Assembly (NCBI RefSeq): GCF_902652985.1 | Contig: NC_047020.1 | Location: 5,456,001-5,520,000 of the forward strand | Length of the DNA: 64,000 bases | Source: Pecten maximus | Lineage: Eukaryota | Direction of reading: 5' to 3' | Part shown: piece by piece, positions 25,245 to 37,485 of the stretch | Position numbering within the stretch: the stretch's first letter is position 1 | How the letters are laid out: the number at the start of each line of letters is the position of its first letter | Translations under genes and position numbers: made by a program | Notes under the pieces: generated by a model | What the model saw: the letters and a program-made list of their open reading frames with translations, nothing else | What the model was told of the DNA's origin: nothing | Database searches by the model: none

Positions 25245-28200
25245 ACTGTCTCCCTGATACCCTCCCCATCTGTATCCCTGATACACAACCCCACCTGTCT
25301 CCCTGATACACTGCCACCACCTGTCTCCCTGATACACAACACCATCTGTCTCCCTGATACACAACACTATCTGTCTCCCTGATACACTGTACCCACCTAC
25401 AACCCCACCTGTCTCCCTGATACCCTCCCCATCTATATCCCTGATACACAACCCCACCTGTCTCCCTGATACACTGCCCCACCTGTCTCCCTGATACACA
25501 ACACCATCTGTCTCCCTGATACACAACACCATCTGTCTCCCTGATACACAACACTATCTGTCTCCCTGATACACTGTACCCACCTACAACCCCACCTGTC
25601 TCCCTGATACCCTCCCCATCTATATCCCTGATACACAACCCCACCTGTCTCCCTGACACACTGCTCCCACCTGTCTCCCTGATACACAACACCATCTGTC
25701 TCCCTGATACACAACACTATCTGTCTCCCTGATACACTGTACCCACCTACAACCCCACCTGTCTCCCTGATACCCTCCCCATCTATATCCCTGATACACA
25801 ACCCCACCTGTCTCCCTGATACACTGCCCCCACCTGTCTCCCTGATACACAACACCATCTGTCTCCCTGATACACAACACCATCTGTCTCCCTGATACAC
25901 AACACTATCTGTCTCCCTGATACACTGTACCCACCTACAACCCCACCTGTCTCCCTGATACCCTCCCCATCTATATCCCTGATACACAACCCCACCTGTC
26001 TCCCTGATACACTGCTCCCACCTGTCTCCCTGATACACAACACCATCTGTCTCCCTGATACACAACACCATCTGTCTCCCTGATTCACAACACTATCTGT
26101 CTCCCTGATACACTGTACCCACCTGTCTCCCTGATACACTCCCCCATCTGTCTCCCTGATACACTGCCCCCACCTGTCTCCCTGATACACTGCCCCCACC
26201 TGTCTCCCTGATACATTGCCCCAACCTGTCTCCCTGATACACTGTCCCACCTGTCTCCCTGATACACTGCCACCAACTGTCTCTCTGATACACTGCCCCC
26301 ACCTGTCTCCCTGATACACTGTCCCACCTGTCTCCCTGATACACTGCCCCACCTGTCTCCCTGATACATTGCCCCAACCTGTCTCCCTGATACACTGTCC
26401 CACCTGTCTCCCTGATACACTGCCCCCATCTGTCTCCCTGATACACTGCCCCAACCTTTCTCCCTGATACACTGCCCCATATGTCTCCCTGATACACTGT
26501 ACCCACCTTTCTCCCTGATACACTGTCCCACCTGTCTCCCTGATACATTTCCCCAACTGTCTCCCTGATACACTGCCCCCAACTGTCTCCCTGATACACT
26601 CCCCCATCTGTCTCCCTGATACACTGTACCCACCTTTCTCCCTGATACACTGTCCCGTCTGTCTCCCTAATACACTGCCCCCACCTGTCTCCCTGATACA
26701 CTCCCCCATCTGTCTCCCTGATACACTGCCCCAACCTTTCTCCCTGATACACTGCCCCACATGTCTCCCTGATACACTGTACCCACCTTTCTCCCTGATA
26801 CACTGTCCCACCTGTCTCCCTGATACATTTCTCCCAACTGTCTCCCTGATACACTGCCCCCAACTGTCTCCCTGATACACTGCCCCAACCTGTCTCCCTG
26901 ATACACTGTACCCACCTGTCTCCCTGATACACAACACCATCTGTCTCTCTGATACACTGCCCCCACCTGTCTCCCTGATACACTGTACCCACCTGTCTCC
27001 CTGATACACTGTACCCACCTGTCTCCCTGATACACTGCCCCCACCTGTCTCCCTGGTACACTGCCCCAACATGTCTCCCTGATACACTCCCCCGTCCGTC
27101 TCCCTGATACATTTCCCCCAACTGTCTCCCTGATACATTGCCCCAACCTGTCTCCCTGATACACAACACCATCTGTCTCCCTGATACACTGCCCCCACCT
27201 GTCTCCCTGATACACTGTTCCCACCTGTCTCCCTGATACACTGCCCCACCTGTCTCCCTGATACACTGTCCCCACCTGTCTCCCTGATACACTGCCCCAA
27301 CCTGTCTCCCTGATACACAACACCATCTGTCTCCCTGATACACTGCCCCCACCTGTCTCCCTGATACACTGTTCCCACCTGTCTCCCTGATACACTGTCC
27401 CACCTGTCTCCCTGATACACTGTCCCCACCTGTCTCCCTGATACACAACACTATCTGGCTCCCTGATACAACGCCCCCACCTATCTCAATGGTACACTCC
27501 CCACCTGTCTCCCTGATATACTGTCCCATCTGTCTCCCTGATACACTGACCAGCCTGTCTCCTTTATACACTGCCCCATCTGTTTCCCTGATATGCCGCC
27601 CCGTCTATCTCCTTGATACACTGCCCCCACCTATCTCCATGGTACACTCCCCACCTGTCTCCCTGTTATACTTTCCCATCTGCCGCTTCGATACTCTGCC
27701 CCATCTGTCTCCTCGATACACTGTTCCCACCTGTCTCTCTGATACACTGCCACAACTGTCTCCCAGTTAAACTGCCCCACCTATCTCTGTTATACACTGA
27801 ACACTGGCCCCAACCTGTCTCCCAGTTATACTGCCCCAAAACCTGTCTCCCTGATACACTGGCCCCACCTGTCTCCCTGATAAACTGCCCCTTCCTGTCT
27901 CCCTGATACACTGCCCCTACCTGTCTCCCTGATACATTGCCCCAACCTGTCTCCCTGATACACTGCCCCTACCTGTCACCCTGATACACTGCCCCTACCT
28001 GTCACCCTGATACACTGCCCCTACTTGTCACCCTGATACACTGCCCCACCTGTCTCCCTGATGCACTGTCTCCACCTGTCTCTGTGATGAACTGCTCCCA
28101 CCTATTTCCCTGATACACTGTCCCGTCTGTCTCCCTAATACATTGCCCCACCTGTCTCCCTGATACACTGTCCCAACCTTTCTCCCTGATACACTGCTCC

Positions 28201-29005
28201 CACCTATTTCCCTGATACACTGCCCCCAACTGTCTCCCTGATACATTGCCCAACCTATTTCCCTGACACACTGCCCCAACTGTCTCCCTGATACACTGCC
28301 CCAACTGTCTCCCTGATACACTGCCCCAACTGTCTCCCTGATACACTGCCCCATCTGTCTCCCTGATACACTGCTCCCACCTGTCTCCCTGATACACTCC
28401 CCTATCTGCCTCCCTGATACACAACCCCACCTGTCTCCCTGATACACGGTCTCCATCTGTCTCCCTGATACACTGCCCCAACTGTCTCCCTGATACACTG
28501 TCTCCACCTGTCTCCCTGATACACTGTCTCCACCTGTCTCCCTGATACACTGCCCCACCTGTCTCCCTTATACACTGCCCCCACCTGTCTCCCTGATACA
28601 CTGCCCCACCTGTCTCTCTGATACACTGCCCCACCTGTCTCCCTGATACACTGTCTCCACCTGTCTCCCTGATACACTGTCTCCACCTGTCTCCCTGATA
28701 CACTGTCTCCACCTGTCTCCCTGATACACTGCCCCACCTGTCTCCTTTATACACTGCCCCCACCTGTCTCCCTGGTACACTGCCCCACCTGTCTCCCTGA
28801 TACACTGTCTCCACCTGTCTCCCTGATGCACTGCCCCACCTGTCTCCTTTATACACTGCCCCCACCTGTCTCCCTAGGTACACTGCCCCACCTGTCTCCC
28901 TGATACACTGTCTCCACCTGTCTCCTTTATACACTGCCCCCACCTGTCTCCTTTATACACTGCCCCCACCTGTCTCCCCGATACTTTGCCCCACCTGTTT
29001 CCCCA
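25245..29005. repeat. ~25-bp minisatellite array (ctgtctccctgatacactgccccac) with a ~188-bp higher-order repeat at the left end
   Basis: Directly visible. It generates the spurious CIRETG/YQGDRW/VSGRQ ORFs. Confidence 0.97.
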
Positions 29006-29720
29006 ACTTTGACCGTTCCTTCTCAGTAGTCCTCCTCCATGTTATTCTTGGCCATCATTGTCGTCGCCATCAGGTCGAAGTAACTCTGGATCAGAATACA
29101 ATGTGACAGGTACATTAGGACGATTCCTGAATTGAGAGGGACTCATCTGACATCGTAATTAGGTTTAGTGTGTTTGGGTATAATTTCAATTACAGTAAAA
29201 CACGGTTATAACGAATCTCAGGGGACCAACTATATATATTTCCCATGAAATCAGAATAAAGCTAAAATGATTAAGCTTCCTCTACCTGGAGAGCTCATCT
29301 CAAGATGGATTAAAATAGTTTATTATACGATATCGGTACCTTACGCATCTCTTTGCCTTATTTTTTTTTTCATATTTGACAATTTTTAAATCGTTTTGGC
29401 CATCATTTTGCTTTTTTGTGACAAACTTGACAAGTACTGGCTTAAAGGAAAATTCGTAGTGCTTGTAGAGTAATCTTCATTTGCTGATTTCATTCCATCC
29501 TTTTGTATACATATATGTATAAAGTGAAACCGAAGTTAACTGCTTAGTCTCTCATCCAAAACAGATACAGGTTGGTGAAGGGTACAGGAGGAAAGGTTTT
29601 TGGAGAGATAGAGGTTACACAATGAGTGGTTGTTGGATATGGAATTTATTTCACACGAATAAGTTATTTTTTAAAAGTTACAAAAGACACGAGCTTTAGC
29701 AAGTGTCTTTTGCAACTTTT

Positions 29721-31107
29721 AACAAGAGCTGTTGGAGAACAGAATAGCTACTCTCGCATATGTTTGTCAATAAATAATTGAAATATATCAATTGTTATGG
29801 TTTCGCAAATTGCATCAATAATATTTATATTGTTTACTTGATCAGATTGTGTTTTGTGAATTCATGCAATTTTCAAAACCATACCAATTTATATATATAT
29901 ATAAATTATTTATTGACAAACATTCGGGAGACAAGCTATGCTGTTGTAGATTGAATAAATATATTAAATACAAATGTAATTGCTTTTGGACCTACATTTT
30001 TTTTTTGTATTTCTTCAATTTCTTGATAAAATATTATCCTTATGAGAGTTGTCTCCCTTGAAAAATATGGACTGGTATAAATTGTCTAATTAATGTGAGC
30101 GTTTTCACATTGTTTTTTTTTTCAGTTTCACTCCATAAAGGGATAGTGTGACTCCAGAGGGACTCTTTGACCAAATATCAGCACCCTAGTACAATCATAA
30201 AGTGATGTATTAATAGCTTTCAACACTTGCACAAAAATTTAAAAAATCTGTTTTTCCCCCCAAAAAATCTCTCAGTTTAACGTTGGCAAGGGATAGTTTA
30301 CCCCCCACAGGGAACCTAATACCATGTATTACTATGCCTTTCAACACTTGCAACATAAACTTAACACAAAGTCCAAAGATTTAAAAAAAAAACAAAAAAA
30401 AAAACACACAAATTTAAAAAGAAAAAAATCAAATTTGTTTAAAAAAGTTTTACTCCAGGAAGGGATTGTCTTACTCCATAAGGACTCTATTGCCAAATAT
30501 CAGCACCCCAGTACAATTCTAAAGTGATGTATTACCCCAGGGTAATACCTTTAAACACTTGCACCACGACCGCGGTGGCCGAGTGGTTAAGGTGTCCCGA
30601 CACTTTATCACTAGCCCTCCACCTCTGGGTTGCGAGTTCGAAACCTACGTGGGGCAGTTGCCAGGTACTGACCGTAGGCCGGTGGTTTTTCTCCGGGTAC
30701 TCCGGCTTTCCTCCACCTCCAAACCTGGCACGTCCTTAAATGACCCTGGCTGTTAATAGGACGTTAAACAAAATAAACCAAACAAACCAAAGACTTAACA
30801 CAGTAATATTCAGAATATTTCTGTGTTAAGTCTTTGGGTTTTTGGGAAAAAAACAGATTTTTGAAATTTTTTGGACCTAGAATAATTCTAGGTCCAAAAA
30901 ATTTCAAAACTCTGTTTATTTCCCAAAAAATCATTTAGTTTAACTCTGGCAGGGGAAAGTTTAACCCCCACAGGGACCATATTACCATGAATTACTATGC
31001 TTTTCCACACTTGCACCAAAAACTTAACATTTGAAAAACCAACGCCGACGCCGACGCTTGGGTGACAACATAAGCTCTCACTCTTCTTCGAAGAGACGAG
31101 CTAAAAA
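29721..31107 (+). mobile_element. pearl/CvA-type element nested in the palindrome
   Basis: Head aacaagagctgttggagaacag, tail (gacgcc)n plus hairpin agctc...gagctaaaaa. A related copy lies at 33732-34140. Confidence 0.7.
30568..30790 (+). mobile_element. tRNA-derived SINE with V-type core
   Basis: A box tggccgagtgg, B box gttcgaaac, core ggtttttctccgggtactccggctttcctcc, and (caaa)n-like tail. Confidence 0.88.
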
Positions 31108-31229
31108 ATAACTTACGAGTGTGAAATAAATTCCATATCTAACAATCACGAGTCGTATGACCTGTTTCTACCACAATAATATCGGCTTGAATCAAAGGGA
31201 AACGTGGCCAAGTATAATTTCGCCTATGC

Positions 31230-31893
31230 AAACTAGAACTGTCGCCAGGATGGCTGACTAATACCCCCGCAATCTGCAAGAGTCAATGGTGAATTGGAAC
31301 TCTTAATTAGAAGCTAACTAAGATAACCCAGTAATATAGTTACCAGTTGCCATAGCAACCATAATTTTGAGAAAAAGAAAGTAGCATGCACATCTACACA
31401 TGGTCCTATATATTTGTGTGACGTTTCATTGAAATTGGCCCTTCGATTTAGGAGTTGTCCGGACAAACTTAAAGTTATGGTTCTTATCGGAAAACCTGTT
31501 TATAGTGACCAGTTGCCATAGCAACCATAATTTTGAGAAAAAGAAAGAGGCATGCACATCTACACATGGTCCTCTATATTTGTGTGAAGTTTCATTGAAA
31601 TCGGCCCTTCGGTTTAGGAGGAGTTGTCCAGACAAACTTAAAGTTATGGTTCTTATCGGAAAACATGTTTATAGTGACCTGTTGCCATAGCAACCATAAT
31701 TTTGAGAAAAAGAAAGTGGCATGCACATCTACACATGATCATTAATATGTGTGTGAAGTTTCATTGGAATCGGCCCATCAGTTTAGGAGGAGTTGTCCGG
31801 ACAAAACGTGTCTACAGACAGACGGACGGACGGACAGACGGACGGACAACCTGATTCCAGTATACCCCCCTAACTTCGTTGCGGGGGTATAAT
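31230..31893 (+). mobile_element. pearl/CvA-type element with three ~170-bp internal repeats
   Basis: Head aactagaactgtcgcc..atacccccgc, tail (gacg)n plus hairpin tatacccccc..gcgggggtata. Confidence 0.8.
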
Positions 31894-32404
31894 AAAGTGT
31901 AGCGGTGACGTCCGGGACCCGGTGATGCGACGTCATTCGATTATTGATGACGTCAATAAGAATTGCAGCTTGGGTCAGTGTTCAAATTCTTGACAAATTA
32001 AAATTAAACAAAACAAATTACCACTAGTGGTATATAACATATATTTATCCAACAGTCAACACATTTATACAATGGCTTGAGAGTGGAATAAGACAGCGTA
32101 TTGTGGTAGAAAGAAGAATATTAACCTACCAAACACCCGTTATTCTATTTTGTTTTATCTACGACACAAAACTCGTCATCTATCTAATTCTAGGGCCACG
32201 TGGAGCTGACCGAGGTTAGATAGGAGAAAAAGGGACAAGTCTTCAAAAAGACAACTCCCACTATAAGATGGCCATATTTTAGATAAGCTTGATGTTCAGA
32301 CAACCACTAGCTGCTTGTAATACTTTGACAGAAATATTTTCGCCTGAGAGTTGCATGTGCTCTATTGTAAACTGAAACATTCAAGTGATTCTAATATTGT
32401 GATT

Positions 32405-32645
32405 AAAGTGTCATTAAAGTGTACACAGATCTGGATTGAGGACTTTATTCATTAAAGTGTACATAGATTTGGATTGAGGACTTTATATCGTCATTAAACT
32501 GTACATAGATCTGGATTGAGGACTTTATATCGTCATTAAACTGTACACAGATCTGGATTGAGGACTTTATTCATTCAAGTGTACACAGATCTGGATTGAG
32601 GATTTTATTCATTAAAGTGTACACAGATCTGGATTGAGGACATTT
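32405..32645. repeat. ~38-42-bp minisatellite, about 6 copies
   Basis: attaaagtgtacacagatctggattgaggacttta repeated. Confidence 0.9.
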
Positions 32646-32770
32646 TACAGCTTAGTTGATAAATGATATTTGGGAATTTACGTTTGCCATATTTGCAGCC
32701 ATTAAATATAGGGGGAAATCAATACATAGTAAATATTTACATGTACATGTATATACTGTATGCATGTATT

Positions 32771-33184
32771 TAAGCATTGAACTGCTTTCAGTTGGAAGTT
32801 ATGGGCTGATGAATGCCAACAGGACAAAGGCAAATTTAATGAAGCGCTCTAGCGCTTCATGTTGAATTTGCCTTTGTCCAGTTGGCATTCATCAGCCCAT
32901 AACTTCCAACTAAAAGCAGTTCAATGCTTATACATGTATTTACATTTGACAACGATTTTTAAAGACTATATCCAGGAATTTTGCTCCGACGATGAATGAA
33001 CAAATTATTATCGTCAAAGACGGAACAGCCTTTTCAACAGCCATCTTTCGTTATCGCCAACGTGACAATTATGACATCACTATATTAATGACGTCATAAT
33101 AAAGATTTGGAAGTTATGGACTCATAACTTCCAAGTGAGCTTGGTAAAGTTATATAGTGGGGATGCAGTGTAAATGTAAATATA
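32771..33184 (+). mobile_element. Palindromic non-autonomous element (160-bp terminal hairpin; possibly Crypton-like)
   Basis: 32771-32930 is a near-perfect palindrome (taagcattgaactgc...gcagttcaatgctta). An internal motif recurs as the small hairpin ttggaagttatg..cataacttccaa near 33107. Confidence 0.7.
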
Positions 33185-33731
33185 CATAAATGAACAAAAT
33201 GTGTTTGCTGCAGTCCTATTTTGTAATAATAATCACAAAACAACATTTAATTAGAAGATTTATTTTTTTTAAAATAATGCTTATCACATAATACATTATT
33301 TATGTATTTCATCAAAAATTAATTCTTCTTCCAACATCGGTATTTGTCACCATAAGTAAACTGAATAGTTAAGTCATAGACAAGCTCCAGGAGCAGGGGA
33401 TGTGATGATCCGCCGTGACGATGTGAGAACACAGGATTATTATGCACATTTGACATGTCTTCTGATATTATCCATGAAAACCAAGAATCTTATAAGACAA
33501 TGAACTGAGTTTGTCTTTTCGAAATATAAGTGTTCTTCACAATGTCATGATACTAATACAAATGGGAAATTCATGTACAATGTACCTGTATTTTTACACT
33601 ACTTTTTAGGCCAACCCTATTACCTATATAATTATTACTTTTCATTGATGCAGACAAACTGATTTGTCGATGCTTAATTGTATCATTTCAGGCTTAATGT
33701 TGACAAGCCTGCAGATGTTAATACAGGCCTA

Positions 33732-34140
33732 AACAAGAACTGTTGTAGAACAGCATAGCTTGTCACGCAAGTGTTTGTCAATAAATTATGAAAATATATA
33801 AATTGGTGTTATTTTGCATATTAAATAAATTGTAAAGTAATTATAAATTAATGTGTTATGCCTTTCAACACTTTCACCAAAAAAGTTTTGACATTTTTGT
33901 CAGCATAAAAAGTCAAAAAAATATTAAGAAACAGGTTCCCCCCCCCCCCCCCCCCCCCCTTTTAGTTCAACTCTAGGAGGGGATAATTATACAATGCTGT
34001 AGGGACCCTAATACACATGTACCAAATATCAAAATGTCTTTCACCTCTTGTACCAAAATGTTAATTGGTGTTATAACGCCAACACCAATGCCAACGTGAC
34101 AACATTTGCTTTCCCTCTTCTTCAAAGAGACAAACTAAAA
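33732..34140 (+). mobile_element. Degenerate copy of the 29721-31107 element
   Basis: Shared head aacaagaactgttgtagaacag and tail ctcttcttcaaagagac. Confidence 0.6.
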
Positions 34141-35867
34141 ACCTAAAAAAGTAAAATATATCACTAGGTGCATTCTTACGTTATTTCATAATCAAACAAC
34201 TCAGGGCTAGCGATCAAAATTTTGGAGTGTGGTAATCAAAAGCAACCCCATTAAAATAAATTAGTTTTAATATGCACTGAAATACCCAAACAAAATGGAG
34301 ACAGAAATTTAGTGTTTGAAAATTTGTAGTTTTGAGGACCATCAAGATAGAAATGAAACTCGATCGGTTCTCTTTAGTTTTTCGAGATGATGAAGTCTTG
34401 CATGAAAATTTTTGTAAATGACATCAACACTACGGAGGGGAGTGAGAAGAGTTCAGGATACCAATTATTTCCAATATACATTGTACCAAACGAACATAAA
34501 AAAGCAAATATATGGACAATAACAACCTTGTGATGTAAATATAAAATTTAGTACTGTACAGTGGGTGAATTTAACATGATTCTTTACTCAATACTTGTGG
34601 TATCATTTGAAAAGAGTGCAAACACAAAATTGCACAAATTAATTCTTGGTAATTTCAATTAATCCAATTTAATACAGTGTGTATTTAATATACATTTAAC
34701 GAGAAACAGTCACCTGTCCTGTACGACATGGAGATAATAATAAAGGCCCATCTCTTGGGACATAAGGAGAAACAGCAAAAATTAAAATAAAAAATAAAAG
34801 TATTAGGTAAAATTGTTATAATTCAACCCACAAAAAATGTCTGTCATGCAGTAACAACACTGTAACAGCAATAACAACCTTATGATAGCAATAACAACAC
34901 GCCTGGAAAAACTTCACCAGGCAAAACAATGGAATAATAAACAGCAAAAATCTTAATGAAGAGGAGAACAATTGGTAAATAATTTCAAAAAACAAAGATG
35001 AATGGAATTCTTGTAATAACCAGGTATGACTACAGGTCTACAATATCATGTTCGTACAATACACAGAAGTTTCATCAGATTCCCACTAATGTTTGATCAC
35101 ATTGTGTTCTTTCCATCTATATTGCCAAGAAATAAAGGATTGAAAATGATAAATCAAAGTACTGGGAGTACTGTGATAGTGTGCATAATGTTATGCTATT
35201 GCAGTGATTGGTTTGTGTAATATTCAGTTTCCACTGAGATTTTCTTCCTAAATGGGAAGAGACATGAAATTGACAGACATTTGCATTTTGAAGAAAAATT
35301 GAGAGAAGTGAAAATCAATTTGCAATCAGTTAAAAATGGGAATACTGAGAAAAAAAATCTCAACCAATATAATTTTATTATGTCTCCATTTCTATATTGT
35401 GTTTCATTGTTATACAAAAATGTAGCCTTATTTCTACGCTTAAATATGTCTCCATTCATTCATTAAATGCCAAACTAAACCACATGAATTTCAAATTATG
35501 TAATTCAAAATTTTTACAATGTAAACAAAATTTCCACAACATGTTTGAAATTCACACAACTTACATTATTTTTTGATGGTTATGATTTAAATTAGTTTTA
35601 CTTAAATTACATTTGCTTTGTACACCATATACAAGTTGATCCTACCTATTAGTTATTTAAGCTGGCTGAAGGATGATATAAAAACATTGGTACAATTGAT
35701 ACTGGAATGAACAGTTAATGTTTTTATGTGTTGTGATAACATTTGGTTGTACCCATTGATAATGTCAAACTTATTGAGACAGTTTTTCAAACCTGCATTA
35801 AATTATAAATTTCCATATAGCACTTGATTGCATTCCTTTACTGTTTTGACATTTGCATAAAATACAG

Positions 35868-36712
35868 CTTAGTGACTAGGCTATTACATCTAATATAGTC
35901 CTCCCCACACTGCTGAGTGACTAGGCTATTACATCTAATATAGTCCTCCCAACACTGCTGAGTGACTAGGCTATTACATCTAATATAGTCCTCCCCACAC
36001 TGTTGAGTGACAAGGCTATTCCATCTAATGTAGTCATCCCTACACTGCTGAGTGACTAGGCTATTCCATCTAATGTAGTCCCCCACACTGCTGAGTGACT
36101 GGGCTATTCCATCTAATATAGTTCTCCCTACACTGCTGAGTGACTATGCTATTCCATCTAATGTAGTCCCCCCCCACACTGCTGAGTGACCAGGCTATTC
36201 CATCTAATATATAGTCCTCCCTACACTGCTGAGTGACTATGCTATTCCATCTGATGTAGTCCCCCACACTGCTGATTGACCAGGCTATTTCATCTAATAT
36301 ATAGTCCTCCCCACACTGCTGAGTGACTAGGCTATTCCATACAATGTAGTCCTCCCACACAGCTGAGTAACTAAGATAAGCCTTTCAATATAGTCCTTCC
36401 CTCACAGCTTATAGTGACTAAACTATTCCATTTAATGTAGTCCTCCAAATGCAGCTACAAATGTAAGTGTCTAGGCTATTCCATCTAATGTAGCTCTCCT
36501 CACAAAGAGTGAATGGACATGTAGCCGGGAGCCCTCTCCATACAGCTGGGTGATTAAGCCTTTTGATCTAATGTAGCTGGGAGCCCTCTCCATACAGCTC
36601 AGTGATGAAGCAATTTGATCTAATGAAGCCGAGAGCCCTCCACATACAGCTCAGTGATGAAGCTATTTGATCTAATGTAGCCAAGAGTTCTCCCTACACA
36701 GCTGAGTGATTA
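35868..36712. repeat. 45-bp minisatellite, decaying rightwards
   Basis: agtgactaggctattacatctaatatagtcctccccacactgctg repeated. Confidence 0.92.
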
Positions 36713-37209
36713 AATTCTAGTTCTCCTCTCACACATATTGATACCTGTTTACTTTATTATATACACATTCTCCCAACTCTTTAACATCAACTGATTTACA
36801 TGTGTTTAAATGTCATATCTCCCTATTTCATAAATGGTCACAGAGCTGGACTCCCAACACTATATTCTACAACTATAAACTTTTCTTTAACAACCTTCGA
36901 TCAATATCAGATATTCCAGTGAGTATACAGTAATGTCAATATTTCGGCTGGGTTGTCACTTAGCCGTATACTATATACATTATCAATCAAGAACAAATAC
37001 AAAACAATTCTCAGGTACATCACTTGTTTGACAATCGTGTCACATTATTCAGGCTCGTGTTGACCTCATGGACAGGCGTGTCAAGGTCAAGGTCAAGATT
37101 GACAGGCAAGTCACAGAAGTCAAGATAAGGCAGTTCAGAGGTCAATGTCATAACTGACAAACATGTCACAGTGGTCAAAGTCCTTAAATTGGTGGATTGA
37201 TGTTACAGG

Positions 37210-37390
37210 TTACAAAGGTCGAGGTGTGTGGAGGCCCATAACATGGACCGTTAGTAGAGGGTCATGATTCACACCAGGTGGCGCCCAGTCTCCAAGTCCA
37301 GTTGGTGCACGGTCCATGCGATGAAGAAGTCGACGGGATAGATGGTAGGGGGCACTGCGCTCCAGTTGGCTTAGTATCATCAACACTTGT
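37210..37390 (-). CDS. CAPN15: Calpain-15 (SOL/SOLH) last coding exon
   Basis: ttctttcag|A, then QVLMILSQLE...GLHTPRPL*, matching the recalled CAPN15 C-terminus QVLVILSQLE...GLHGPRPL. Confidence 0.9.
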
Positions 37391-37485
37391 CTGAAAGAAA
37401 CATAAAACAAAAGCTATTTTTGATAGTTATAAAAAGTAGTATAGCATTGATATAGCTAACAGTGATGATCAAAGAGGCCTGATAC

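Larger units (their letters stand above)
29610..32113 (+). mobile_element. Palindromic non-autonomous DNA element (possibly Crypton-like) split by nested insertions
   Basis: Left arm ggatatggaatttatttcacacg..aagttatttttt (29636-29672) pairs with aaaaataactt..gtgtgaaataaattccatatc (31103-31139). A second inverted pair is tttctaccacaata (31165) / tattgtggtagaaa (32099). Confidence 0.6.

Noticed and set aside
25210-28943. Long ORFs up to 548 aa (CIRETG/YQGDRW/VSGRQ)
   Set aside because: They are translations of a stop-poor 25-bp minisatellite, open in all three frames.
30568-30655. tRNA gene
   Set aside because: A and B boxes are followed by a SINE core and tail, and there is no proper cloverleaf.
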